A DNA stretch of 64,000 nt, from assembly GCA_037189525.1 (NCBI GenBank), contig JBBCJC010000005.1, positions 896,001 to 960,000 of the forward strand, given 5' to 3'. Position 1 is the first letter of the stretch, and each line of letters opens with the position of its first letter. Under the pieces are notes generated by a model that was not told where the DNA came from, did not search any database, and was given only the letters and a program-made list of their open reading frames with translations. This document shows positions 38,357-48,324 of this stretch, one piece after another. The position numbers were made by a program, and so were the translations under genes. This DNA comes from Gemmatimonadales bacterium. GTDB lineage: Bacteria > Gemmatimonadota > Gemmatimonadetes > Gemmatimonadales > GWC2-71-9.

Positions 38357-39642
38357 CCCGGCTCCTGACGTTCCTCCTGCTCACACCCGCCGTCCTCAGC
38401 GGACAGTCGCACCCGGCGGTGGATTCGGCCGCCGCGGCCCGGAGTGCGTGGCAAGCGGCTGTTGCCGCGCAGCGGCAGAGCGACGGCCTCGCAGCCGTAC
38501 GGCATACCCTGGCGGCAACCATCGCCTGGCCCGAACAGCCGTATTACCACGAGATGCTGGGCCTGCTGTCGGCGCGCGCGGACGATACGACCAACCTGCT
38601 CCGAGCGATTCGTTCGCTGACGGCCATCCAGTCCGGCGCGCGTCTGGTCCGCGATTCGTCCGTCGCGCGCTTCCGCCAGGTGGCGGCCGTCAATTCCGCC
38701 CTCGACCGTCTGAGCAACGCGCTCGAGCCCCTGAGCAAAAGCATGGTATGGGCCCGCCTGGCCGACAGCACCATCTATCCCGAAGGCCTCGATGCCGACC
38801 CGGCCACCGGAACCGTCTACCTCTCGAGTATTCGGCATCGCACGGTCTATCGCGTGGCCCGCGGCCAATCCGATGCCGTCGATCTCGGACTCGGCGCGCG
38901 GCCCGATATCGGCGCCGTCATGGGCGTCCGGTTCGATCCGGCGCGTCGGCTGCTCTGGCTGACGACCGTCGGTCTCCCTGCCATGGCCGGATTTCAAAGC
39001 CGAGACACATCGCTTGCTGCGCTGGTGGCGGTCCGCCCCGATGACGGCACGATCCTGCATCGATTCGACCTCCCGGCCGGCGAACCCCACATCCCGGGCG
39101 ATCTGGCTATCGGTCCCTCCGGCGATGTCTTCGTCACCGACTCACGAAGCCCCATCGTCTTTCGCCTGCCTCCCGGCGGCCAGGCGCTGGAGAGCATTCG
39201 CCACCCGCTCTTCCGGTCGCTGCAGGGCCTGGCTCCGACCCGGGATGGCCGCTATCTGTACCTGGCGGACTATGCGCATGGCTTGCTGCGTATGGATCTG
39301 TCGAGCCGCGCAGTCACCCGGATCGTGTTGGCAGACGAGGGCTCATCCCTTGGCATCGACGGGATGGCTTTGGCGGGGACGAGCCTCTACGCCATCCAGA
39401 ACGGCGTGGCGCCCCCGCGCGTCGTTCGCTTCGATCTCGGCCGAGATGGCCTCACCGCGCGTGTCCACGTGATCGATCGCCACCTTCCCGCTGCCGACGA
39501 GCCCACCATCCTGACGATCCTCGGCAATCAGGTCATCTACGTCGCCAACAGCCAGTGGGAGAAGTACGACGACGCCGGGGCACGACGGCCGGGCACGACC
39601 TTGACCGGCCCGATCCTGCTCGCCCTTCCCATGGTCCGCTAA
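38353..39642 (+). CDS. Secreted beta-propeller protein (SMP-30/gluconolactonase/NHL-like)
   Basis: Signal peptide; YPEGL, GDVFVTDS, LYLADY, GIDGM and AIQNGVAP repeats; ATGA overlap. Confidence 0.7.
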   Translation: MTRLLTFLLLTPAVLSGQSHPAVDSAAAARSAWQAAVAAQRQSDGLAAVRHTLAATIAWPEQPYYHEMLGLLSARADDTTNLLRAIRSLTAIQSGARLVRDSSVARFRQVAAVNSALDRLSNALEPLSKSMVWARLADSTIYPEGLDADPATGTVYLSSIRHRTVYRVARGQSDAVDLGLGARPDIGAVMGVRFDPARRLLWLTTVGLPAMAGFQSRDTSLAALVAVRPDDGTILHRFDLPAGEPHIPGDLAIGPSGDVFVTDSRSPIVFRLPPGGQALESIRHPLFRSLQGLAPTRDGRYLYLADYAHGLLRMDLSSRAVTRIVLADEGSSLGIDGMALAGTSLYAIQNGVAPPRVVRFDLGRDGLTARVHVIDRHLPAADEPTILTILGNQVIYVANSQWEKYDDAGARRPGTTLTGPILLALPMVR

Positions 39643-39687
39643 CTGGCGCCCCGCAGCCACCTTCGCACCTGACGCGTCACTTTCGCC

Positions 39688-39723
39688 GGGGGCTGGACAG
39701 AATCGTCCGCCCCCCTTCTTTTG
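39688..39723 (+). terminator. Intrinsic terminator
   Basis: GGGGGC.GGAC...GTCC-GCCCCC followed by CTTCTTTT. Confidence 0.55.
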
Positions 39724-39774
39724 TGTCGTTCCCGATCTCCGTAGTCGGAGATCTCCGTCCGCATCTCCAGGCCG

Positions 39775-42027
39775 GTGACGATGCCCGCCAGTGTTTTTGT
39801 TCGTTCATCATGCCGTCGGCACTCGCCCTGGACCGGTGCGAGCGCCGTTCTGCTGTCCCTCCTTGCAGGCCCGGCCACCGCACAAGAGTCCACGACCCGT
39901 CCGGCGCTCCGAGCGGTCAGGGTCGAGGCCGCACCTGTGATCGACGGCCGGCTGGACGACCACGTCTGGCAGGCGGCGCGACCCGCAACCGACTTCGTCC
40001 AGAATGCCCCGCTCGCCGGCAGCGCTGCGTCGGAGCGAACCGAGGTCCGGATTCTCTATGATGACGCGGCGCTTTACGTCGGTGCGTGGCTGCTCGACTC
40101 CGAGCCGAGCGGCATCATCGCGGGCGAATCGCGACGAGACGCGAGCCCGAACGAAACCGATGCGTTCCTGATCCTGCTGGACACCTTCCTCGACGGTCAG
40201 AACGGTTTCGTCTTCGGCACCACGCCCAACGGGATCGAGTATGACGGCCAGGTTGCGCAGGAAGGGAGTGGCGGCGGGGGCTTCAATCTGAATTGGGACG
40301 GCAGCTGGACGGTGGCCACCAGTCGCGACGGCGCCGGCTGGTACGCCGAGTTTCGTATCCCCTTCTCGACCCTCCGCTACGGCAGCGGTGAGGTTCAGAC
40401 GTGGGGACTCAACTTTTCCCGCCGGATCCGCCGCCGGAACGAGCAGTCGTTCTGGTCGCCCATCCCGCGACAGTTCGATTTGTACCGGGTTTCCATGGCG
40501 GGCCAGCTCCACGATCTCGAGGCGCCGTTCCGTCATACGGCCACGATCATCCCCTACGTCCTGGGCTCCGGCAAGCGCGACTACCGGCTCCCCGGCGACG
40601 CCGAGTTCAACGGTGAAGTGGGTGGCGACGCCAAGATTGCGCTGGGGCCGAGCCTGAGCCTCGATCTGACCGTCAACACCGACTTTGCGCAGGTCGAAGC
40701 GGACGACCAGGCCATCAACCTGACCCGCTTCGATCTCTTCTTTCCCGAGAAGCGCCCCTTCTTCCTCGAGAACGCCGGGATCTTCGCGGTCGGCACCAGT
40801 CAGGCGACCGACCTCTTCTTCAGCCGGCGGATCGGGATCGAACGCGGTCGTGAAGCGCCGATCCTGGCCGGGACCCGTCTGACCGGACGCGTCGGCGAGA
40901 CGATTGTCGGACTGATGAACGTGCAGGCGCGCGGACTTGAGGTCGACGACCCCGTCACCGGACGACCGACGACCTGGTCGCCCGCCAACAATTTTTCCGT
41001 GGCCCGGGTGATCCGTGAGCTGCCCAACCGTTCGCGCGTGGGCGCCATCTTCGTCTCGCGCCTCAATACCGACGACGGCAGCGACTACAACCTGACCTAC
41101 GGCCTCGATGGCCGGCTTGGGCTCGGCACGGCCTGGACCATCGACGGCTACGCCGCGCGAACCAGCACGCCGGGGCTGGACGGCGGACAGTACGCGGCCA
41201 GCGCCAATGTCGGTTACAACACCGACAACTGGAACAGCAGCCTTTCTTATCGCGAGGTCGCGGAAGGGTTCAACCCGGAGGTCGGCTTCCTGCCCCGCAG
41301 CGAATATCGATTTCTGTCGGCGAGCCTGATGCGGCGGGTCCGCTTCGACCGGACGCCCTGGTTCTACGAATGGCGGCCGCACGTCAGCTATCGGGAACAC
41401 TTCGCGCTCGATGGTTTTTCGGAGAGCCGCTTCATCCACATCGACAGCCATTTCCAGTTTGCCAACGGCGCGTTCTTTCAGCTGCCCGCCGTCAACCTGG
41501 TCCGCGAGGGGTTGCGCGAACCGTTCGAAATTTCTCCCGGCATCGTGGTCCCTCCCGGAACGTACGACAACTTCGAGTGGGGTTTTGCGTACAATTCGAA
41601 CCTGAGCGCTCCGCTGCGCATCGAAGGCCAGCTCGATATCGGCGGGTTCTACAATGGGATCCGAAAAGGAGGGAGTGCCACCATCAGCGGCCAGCTGACC
41701 GATGCGCTAGTCTCGTCACTGCGGGTCCAGTACCACGATGTCGATCTCGACACCGGGCGATTCCAGTCTGCGCTGGCAGCCCTGCGGGTTGCCTACTCCT
41801 TCACCCCGCGGGTCTACCTCCAATCCCTGATCCAGTACAACGACCGGAGCCGCAATCTCTCGAGCAACATCCGCTTCGGGTGGCTCACCACGGCGGGAAC
41901 GGGGTTGTTCGTGGTCTACAACGACCTCGAACATGTCGGTCCCCTGTCACGGAGCGGGATCGACGGAGGCCCGCTCGAGCGCGCCCTCATCGTCAAGTTC
42001 ACCCGCCAGTTCATGCTCGGCGGGTGA
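39775..42027 (+). CDS. CBM9-like + DUF5916 outer-membrane protein
   Basis: APVIDGRLDD...W, AEFRIPFSTLRY, DLTVNTDFAQVEAD and FFPEKRPFFLE motifs; beta-barrel-like C-terminus. Confidence 0.8.
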   Translation: MTMPASVFVRSSCRRHSPWTGASAVLLSLLAGPATAQESTTRPALRAVRVEAAPVIDGRLDDHVWQAARPATDFVQNAPLAGSAASERTEVRILYDDAALYVGAWLLDSEPSGIIAGESRRDASPNETDAFLILLDTFLDGQNGFVFGTTPNGIEYDGQVAQEGSGGGGFNLNWDGSWTVATSRDGAGWYAEFRIPFSTLRYGSGEVQTWGLNFSRRIRRRNEQSFWSPIPRQFDLYRVSMAGQLHDLEAPFRHTATIIPYVLGSGKRDYRLPGDAEFNGEVGGDAKIALGPSLSLDLTVNTDFAQVEADDQAINLTRFDLFFPEKRPFFLENAGIFAVGTSQATDLFFSRRIGIERGREAPILAGTRLTGRVGETIVGLMNVQARGLEVDDPVTGRPTTWSPANNFSVARVIRELPNRSRVGAIFVSRLNTDDGSDYNLTYGLDGRLGLGTAWTIDGYAARTSTPGLDGGQYAASANVGYNTDNWNSSLSYREVAEGFNPEVGFLPRSEYRFLSASLMRRVRFDRTPWFYEWRPHVSYREHFALDGFSESRFIHIDSHFQFANGAFFQLPAVNLVREGLREPFEISPGIVVPPGTYDNFEWGFAYNSNLSAPLRIEGQLDIGGFYNGIRKGGSATISGQLTDALVSSLRVQYHDVDLDTGRFQSALAALRVAYSFTPRVYLQSLIQYNDRSRNLSSNIRFGWLTTAGTGLFVVYNDLEHVGPLSRSGIDGGPLERALIVKFTRQFMLGG

Positions 42028-42137
42028 CGGCGCGCCGTTTGCACGGCTGCCCCTGACTGTCTGGTTTCACTACCGAGATGATCCCTTCCGGGGGCGTCCT
42101 GCGCCTCTAAGGAGTCACCTGCCAACACAGGGCATCC

Positions 42138-44366
42138 ATGTACAATACTCTCAGATCGATTCGGCCCGGCCTGGCGGCCGTTGTTACGAGCACGCTCATC
42201 GCCTGTGGCGGCGGCTCGACACAACCGAACCCGCCGCCGCCTCCACCGCCCCCACCCCCGCCACCGCCGGCGGCAGTCGCCTCGGTCGCGGTTCAGCCGG
42301 GCACATTCTCGCTGGCCCCACAACAGACGCAACAGCTGACCGCCACGGTACGTGACGCCCAGGGCAACGCCCTGACCGGCCGGACCGTGACCTGGGCCAG
42401 CGATGCTCAGATCGTTGCCACGGTCAGCAACGCAGGTCTGGTCACCGCCGTTGGCGCCGGTACGGCCCGCATCACGGCAACGAGCGAAGGGCAGAGCGCG
42501 TCGGCCACGCTCACCGTGGTCAACGGCGTCCAGGTCGGATCTGCGGGCGGAAGTTTTGCCTTCGAGGACAGCACCGTCATCCTCACGATCCCCGCGGGCG
42601 CGGTGCCCAGTACGACCGTCCTCACCGTCACCCGCGTGACTACTCCGACCTCGACCGCGCCATCCGGATGGCAGCGCGTCGGTCCGGTCTATGCACTCGG
42701 CCCGGCCGGCGTTTCCTTTGCGCAGCCAGTGACCGTCACGCTGCGGTACGACATCGCGGACCTTCCGGCGTTCACGATGAGCGGCGATGTCGGCGTCCAG
42801 CAATGGACGGCCGGGACGGGGCGCAATCTGACGGGCGTGGCCGTCAATACCCAAAACCGTACCATCTCGGGACGGACCAGCAGCTTCGGGACCGCCGCCA
42901 TTGCGGGCGCGGCATCGTACGGATTGTTTGCCACCGGGACGGCCGCAGGCGACGAATCGGAAGTCGCGGTGATCGTCCAGGACCCGACCGTCAGCGTGTC
43001 TCCCGGCGAGTCGAGCGTCAACAGCACCCATCGGCACGCGAACTTCACCGTCGCCGTCGAGGCTCGCGGTGAGGGCGTCCCGTTGCCCGAGAACACCCCG
43101 GCTCTGCTCTACCGCTGGAGTTCGACGAATCAGCACGGCGGGCTGGGCATCGATGCTCCCGGAGCCAACCAGTGGACCGAGACCACCTCGGTCGAGTATG
43201 TCGCCACCAATCCCCAACTCGGGCAAATGAGCGGCCCAATCGATCAGGTGCGGGTGGAGGTATTGCTCAACCCCGAGTCGCTGACCAATCCGGCCGCAGG
43301 GCCGCAGCGGATCGTATCGGCCGAGGCCGTGGTCAATGCCGATCTTCAGGTGACCTACGACATCACGCCCGAGCGGAAGACGATCAAGCAGGGAGCGGAA
43401 GCGGACCTGCGTGCGCGCATGCGGGACAAGGAGGGCCGCGAACTCAACTTCGGCAGCGATATGAAGGCGACATGGGAAACCTCCGGCAATCACGGAGAAC
43501 TGCTCGAAACGGTCGGCCAGCAGGTGAAGTACCGGGCCTTCGAGGAGTTCGAGTTCCCTCCGCCTCGGGTGGACCGGGTGGTGACCGTGATCACCGAAAC
43601 GCGGCGCCACGACGCCGTGATCCGGGAAAAGAAGGCCATCACCAACACGATTACCGGTGAGAAGCACGCGCTGCTCGAAGCCGTGGACCTCGAAACCGAA
43701 CTGGTGCGCGGGGTCGATACGGCATTCGTCACGGTCGAGGTGGAGTACGAGGTCGAACTCACCACCAGCCGCGACACGATCCGGCTCGGCGAGACGGCGC
43801 AGCTCCGGGCCACCGTCGATCCGGAGCCTGAAGCGGAAGTCCGGTATCGGTTCACCTCGGCACAAACCCAGGGCTCCCTGACGCCGGCCAGTGGCACGCT
43901 GTCGCAGTCCTCCACGGCCCAGTACCAGGCGCGTCAGAACGCGACCGGAGGCACTGAGCGCGTCAAAGTTGAAGTCCTGAACGAGGCGCTCGAAGTGATC
44001 GCCGAAGACGAGGTGGAAATCGAGGTTGATGCGTGGCGATCGGGCAGCTTCAACGTATTCAGCCAGGATGTGAACTGCGTCGTCCCCTACATCGTCATTC
44101 CGAAGGTGGCGGGCGCAACCAGCTACGAAGTGCTGGCCGACCGGTTCAATCATCCCCAGCTCGGCACGCAGTATACCCGAACCTTCAGTGGAGCGGAGGG
44201 TGGCAATGCGCTCTACTCCGTCCAGGACATGGGCAATTCCTGGCGGATCCGTATGGAGGGCGGCGGGTGCGCCATCAGCGACGCAGCCCGTGACGTGATG
44301 CGCCAGGCCATGTTCACCCGGTTTGCAGGAATCCGGGTTCGCTTCCGGGTCACCGGAGGCCCATGA
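42138..44366 (+). CDS. Lipoprotein with poly-Pro linker, Big_2 Ig-like and ZU5-like domains
   Basis: Lipobox LIAC, 13 consecutive Pro, VTWAS...VATVS..GLVTA (Big_2) and LTIPAGAV...LGPAGVSFAQPVTVTL (ZU5-like). Confidence 0.8.
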   Translation: MYNTLRSIRPGLAAVVTSTLIACGGGSTQPNPPPPPPPPPPPPPAAVASVAVQPGTFSLAPQQTQQLTATVRDAQGNALTGRTVTWASDAQIVATVSNAGLVTAVGAGTARITATSEGQSASATLTVVNGVQVGSAGGSFAFEDSTVILTIPAGAVPSTTVLTVTRVTTPTSTAPSGWQRVGPVYALGPAGVSFAQPVTVTLRYDIADLPAFTMSGDVGVQQWTAGTGRNLTGVAVNTQNRTISGRTSSFGTAAIAGAASYGLFATGTAAGDESEVAVIVQDPTVSVSPGESSVNSTHRHANFTVAVEARGEGVPLPENTPALLYRWSSTNQHGGLGIDAPGANQWTETTSVEYVATNPQLGQMSGPIDQVRVEVLLNPESLTNPAAGPQRIVSAEAVVNADLQVTYDITPERKTIKQGAEADLRARMRDKEGRELNFGSDMKATWETSGNHGELLETVGQQVKYRAFEEFEFPPPRVDRVVTVITETRRHDAVIREKKAITNTITGEKHALLEAVDLETELVRGVDTAFVTVEVEYEVELTTSRDTIRLGETAQLRATVDPEPEAEVRYRFTSAQTQGSLTPASGTLSQSSTAQYQARQNATGGTERVKVEVLNEALEVIAEDEVEIEVDAWRSGSFNVFSQDVNCVVPYIVIPKVAGATSYEVLADRFNHPQLGTQYTRTFSGAEGGNALYSVQDMGNSWRIRMEGGGCAISDAARDVMRQAMFTRFAGIRVRFRVTGGP

Positions 44367-44397
44367 CAGAGCACAAGCTACGCAGGAAGTAGACATG

Positions 44398-44434
44398 GCA
44401 ACGGGGGGCGTACCAAGCGTACACCCCCCGTTGC
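44398..44434. terminator. Hairpin between convergent genes (probable bidirectional terminator)
   Basis: GCAACGGGGGGCGTAC-caagc-GTACACCCCCCGTTGC. Confidence 0.6.
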
Positions 44435-44466
44435 AATGTAGCGAACCTCGAAATCAGCTCGAAAAG

Positions 44467-44919
44467 CTAGCTCTTGAGCCGTTCGACGACGACGACCTTG
44501 AAGACATCCTCATTGCAGCGGAAATGCCGGGTGATCGTCTGCGTGTTCCCGGGCAGCTGCATCCGGTAATCGGAGCCCTCGACCACCACGGGCAAGCCGA
44601 GTTGGGAGGGAGCCGGCAGCAGGCCCTTCAGGTTGCCGCCGACCACGTTCGTCAGCTCGGCAAGGGCGTCCTGCAGATCCTGCCGTGTGAGGTCGTCCTG
44701 CGGCGTCGCAAACATCGAACTGGCCGCCTGCCGCCCCATCGTTTCGGTCATGAAGACGCCGATCGCGCCTTCCCAGGTACCCGAGACGGTCACGACGCCC
44801 GCATAGGGCAGCGACGACGTGTGCGACGCATCGGGATCGTCTTCCCACACCGGCAACTGCAGCATACTCTCCCAGGTTCCCTGCACGATCGGCAAGATCG
44901 ACTGCTCGAGCTCAGACAT
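44467..44919 (-). CDS. cheX: Chemotaxis phosphatase CheX
   Basis: DALAELTNVVGGNLKG...LGLPVVVEG motif; start at ATG 44919. Confidence 0.88.
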   Translation of the reverse strand: MSELEQSILPIVQGTWESMLQLPVWEDDPDASHTSSLPYAGVVTVSGTWEGAIGVFMTETMGRQAASSMFATPQDDLTRQDLQDALAELTNVVGGNLKGLLPAPSQLGLPVVVEGSDYRMQLPGNTQTITRHFRCNEDVFKVVVVERLKS

Positions 44920-45757
44920 ACTGTTTCCTCGTGTTGGTTGCCGCATACTGGTAGACGACCGCCGATCCGACCGGAGCGCGTTCGAACGCATCATCGAGCG
45001 CCATGGTCGTCTCGGCACTGCCGAGCATGAGATAGCCCTCCGGAGACAAAACCCGGCGCACCTTTCCGAAGATGTCGCGCTTCATCGCGGCGTCGAAATA
45101 GATCAAGACGTTGCGCATCAGCACGAGATCCATGGGCGGCATCACCGGCCAGGGCGCCGCCAGGTTCATCACCTGGTAGTCGACCATGGCCCGAATGTCT
45201 TCCCGGACCACCCAGTCCATCCCGACCTTCGTGAAGTATTTGAGCAAAAGCGGGGCCGGGAGCCCACGGTTGACCTCGAGCTGGGAAAACCGGCCCGCCC
45301 GGGCCCGCTCGACCATGGTGCTCGACAGGTCCGTACCGAGGAACGAGATCCGCCAATTGGCCAGCTGCGGAAAGTGCTCCTTGATGATCATGCAGATGGT
45401 CACCGGTTCCTGCCCCGAGGAGCAGGCCGCCGACCAGATGTTGAGCCTCCGCGTAGCCGCCCGGGCCTGAATCAACTCGGGCAGGATCGTCGTGCGAAGC
45501 GCCTCGAACGGATGCACGTCGCGGAAGAACGTGGTCTCATTGGTCGTCATCGCCTCGACGATTTTGGTGTGCAACGGCCCCGGAAGCCCCTTGGCAAGTT
45601 GCTCGACCAGCTCATCGACGCTCTTGAATCCCTCCGTCCGCGCGAGCGGGGCCAAGCGGGATTCCACCAGATATTCCTTCCCCGTTTCGAGTACGATTGC
45701 TGCGCGCTTCTCCACCAGAGTGCGCACGTACTCGAACGTGCCTGACTGAATTGCCAT
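44912..45757 (-). CDS. cheR: Chemotaxis methyltransferase
   Basis: TTNETTFFRD, IWSAACSSGQEP and RNVLIYF motifs. Confidence 0.96.
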   Translation of the reverse strand: MAIQSGTFEYVRTLVEKRAAIVLETGKEYLVESRLAPLARTEGFKSVDELVEQLAKGLPGPLHTKIVEAMTTNETTFFRDVHPFEALRTTILPELIQARAATRRLNIWSAACSSGQEPVTICMIIKEHFPQLANWRISFLGTDLSSTMVERARAGRFSQLEVNRGLPAPLLLKYFTKVGMDWVVREDIRAMVDYQVMNLAAPWPVMPPMDLVLMRNVLIYFDAAMKRDIFGKVRRVLSPEGYLMLGSAETTMALDDAFERAPVGSAVVYQYAATNTRKQYV

Positions 45758-45758
45758 A

Positions 45759-46877
45759 TTACCGCCCCGAAGCTGCCGGCGTCGTGCCGACGAAACGTCT
45801 GTTCGCCGCCGTCAGTCGGATGATCTCACCCGCGATCTGATTGAGCGGCAGTACGGCATCGGCCAACCCGGCCGACGCAATGAAACCGGGCATGCCCCAG
45901 ACGACCGATGACGCCTCGTCCTGGACCACCATTCGGCCGTGAACCTCGCGGATCCGCTCGGTGCCGCGGAGGCCGTCCTGCCCCATTCCGGTCAACACCA
46001 CACCTAGCAAGGCCGAACCGTAGATGCTTGCTGCGGATCGGAACATCGGATCGACGGCAGGCCGGCAGGAGTTCTCGGGCGGATCCTGGGTCAGTTTGAC
46101 CCGGACGCGCGGACCGTCCCGGACCAGCAGCATGTGCCAGTCGCCGGGGGCGATCCAGCCCGCACCCGGCGTGATGATCGCGCCTTGCGTGGCTTCGTGA
46201 AATGGGATCTTGCAATGCGCCGTGAGCCGTTCGGCCAGGAGTCGGGTAAACATCGGCGGCATGTGCTGGGTAATGACGATCGGAACCGGGAAGTTGGCCG
46301 GCAGCTGCGCCAAGACTTCCATCAGGGCGTTGGGCCCTCCGGTCGACGCGCCGATCGCGAGCAGATCGACCCGGCGCGCGCCATCGCCGCCCAGCGCCTG
46401 GCCGGTCCGCGGCAGCGCAGGAACCGAACGTGCCGCCGAGACGAGCGTAGCCGCCGGGATCCCGGCCGCCCGCGCCGCGAGCGCCTTGATCTTCGGCACC
46501 ACCTCGTCGCGAATCCGCTGCTGCGCCACGGCAACGCTGCCCACGTTGGCCGGCTTGGCCACGTAGTCCGACGCCCCGCGCGAGAGCGCATCCAGCGTGG
46601 CCGCGCCGCCCCGCTCGGTGAGCGTACTGAACATGATGACCGGCAGCTTGGGCCACGTCTTCCGAATCTCGGAGACGGTCTCGAGCCCGTTGAGTTCGGG
46701 CATCTCGACATCGAGCGTCACGATATCCGGATTGACCTGCGGAATCTTCTGCAGGGCGATCCGGCCATTGGCAGCCGCGCCGACGACCTCGAGCTCCGGA
46801 TCGGCGGCCAGCACGTCCGTGAGCATGCGGCGGACGACGACGGCGTCGTCCACCACGAGCACGCGAATTTTGCGCAT
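45759..46877 (-). CDS. cheB: Chemotaxis response regulator methylesterase
   Basis: REC domain plus GASTGG, QHMP, RPAVD and LTGMGQDG motifs. Confidence 0.96.
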   Translation of the reverse strand: MRKIRVLVVDDAVVVRRMLTDVLAADPELEVVGAAANGRIALQKIPQVNPDIVTLDVEMPELNGLETVSEIRKTWPKLPVIMFSTLTERGGAATLDALSRGASDYVAKPANVGSVAVAQQRIRDEVVPKIKALAARAAGIPAATLVSAARSVPALPRTGQALGGDGARRVDLLAIGASTGGPNALMEVLAQLPANFPVPIVITQHMPPMFTRLLAERLTAHCKIPFHEATQGAIITPGAGWIAPGDWHMLLVRDGPRVRVKLTQDPPENSCRPAVDPMFRSAASIYGSALLGVVLTGMGQDGLRGTERIREVHGRMVVQDEASSVVWGMPGFIASAGLADAVLPLNQIAGEIIRLTAANRRFVGTTPAASGR

Positions 46878-46887
46878 CGGGTGGGTA

Positions 46888-47262
46888 TTACGCGGCCGAC
46901 GCGAGGCCGAGGATCTCGAGCTTGCCCTGCAGCGAGTCCTTGGTAAACGGCTTCATCAGATACTCGTTGGCGCCCGCCTCCATGGCCTGGCTCACCTGCG
47001 AGGCCTCGGTTTCAGTGGTCGCCATCACGATCTTGAGCGCGTTGTACTGCGCGTCGGCGCGGACCGCCTTGACGAACTCGAGTCCGTTCATCTCCGGCAT
47101 ATTCCAATCGCAGAGGACGACATCGGGTGCTCCGTCCTGCTGCAGCTTCGCGAGCGCTTCTTTCCCGTGACCGGCTTCACCACACGTGAATCCGAGCTCG
47201 GTCATGAACCGGCTCAGCATGATGCGCATCGCGCGAGAATCATCGACAATGAGGGCGCGCAA
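46888..47262 (-). CDS. cheY: Single-domain response regulator
   Basis: TTG start with AAGGAG RBS; IVDDS, DWNMP and KPF motifs; inside the che operon. Confidence 0.9.
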   Translation of the reverse strand: MRALIVDDSRAMRIMLSRFMTELGFTCGEAGHGKEALAKLQQDGAPDVVLCDWNMPEMNGLEFVKAVRADAQYNALKIVMATTETEASQVSQAMEAGANEYLMKPFTKDSLQGKLEILGLASAA

Positions 47263-47383
47263 CGTAACAACTCCTTGAGTGATGGTGATCGTCCGAATCC
47301 CGTTCTACGAGACCGCACGCTGTGCTTAGTGTCGGCCTCACGAGAACAAACTTGAGCTTCAATTCCGTATTAGATCGCCCGTT

Positions 47384-48273
47384 TTATTCCAGCCAGACAG
47401 CAACCGTCTTGGCTCCGGTATCACACCGGAACAGCGGGCCCTCTGCGAACCCGCTTACGACCGCGCCGCGGGCAATCTCGGCCACGTCGACCCCGTCTGC
47501 CGCGAGGCGGTACGCAAGATCTTCCGGGACCATGTCCGGCAGATCCGCGGCGCGATGCGCGGCAAAAGTCAGCTAGACCCGCCGCTCGCCGGCTTCGGTT
47601 ACCCGAAGCTTGAGGTGCGTCGAAGCGCCGCGCTGTGGTACGGACGGCCGCACCGGAACGGCTGCTGCGCCGCACGCTCGCACGATCGGCTCCGGCACCG
47701 CGAGACCGCGGACACGCGCCACAGCCCGGAACCGCCGAAGCATCTCGGCCTCGCCCCGATAGTCCAATTCACGCCGGAGCATCGCACCAACTTCCGCGCG
47801 GTACGCCGCGGCGTCGAACCGGCTCAGACCACCGAAGGGAAGCGTGATCCACTCGAGCGCCTGCAGATCCAATGCGAGGATCCTTCGATGTCCGGATACT
47901 TCACTTTGACGGCCACCGCGCGACCATCCGGCAGCCGCGCCCGATGCACCTGCCCGATCGACGCCCCGATACCCGCGGGGTCGAACTCCGCGAAGAGGTG
48001 TTGCGGATCGGTACCGAGCGACGCGCGGATCGCGCGGGCGGCTTCCGCCGCCGACAGAACCGGACCGGTGTCGGCGAGTTCCGGCAGCGAGGGCGTGCTC
48101 GAACCCAGGTCGACCGTGTCCACCACCTGCCCCACTTTGCGCGGCAAGCCACGGAGCGAGGCGAGGCGGTGAACCACCTTGGCCCGGAGTCGAGCGTCGT
48201 CCGGCTTCTGCTTGAGGAGGAGCATGTCTTTCGCCAGTCCCCCCAGCTGCGCCGCGCGCGTCAGCGTCGTCAT
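47384..48273 (-). pseudogene. ABC1/AarF/UbiB atypical kinase pseudogene
   Basis: N-terminal LRGLPRKVGQ...ASIGQVHRA...AVKVKYP; frameshift at about 47880; continues ELDYRGEA...VPEP; catalytic core absent; in-frame TAG at 47573; the same frame continues 62 codons to ...VAVWLE-TAA (47384). Confidence 0.8.
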
Positions 48274-48324
48274 ACGAGTGACGCCGGAACGGCCCAGAGC
48301 CGCCCCGGCGTCTCCCCCGTCGGC

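Noticed and set aside
42231..42269. C-rich run as a phase-variable microsatellite
   Set aside because: Mixed Pro codons (CCG/CCT/CCA/CCC), so not a pure tandem repeat.
41916..44396. 826-aa minus-strand ORF
   Set aside because: Antisense shadow of the Ig-like lipoprotein, which has clear domain signatures.
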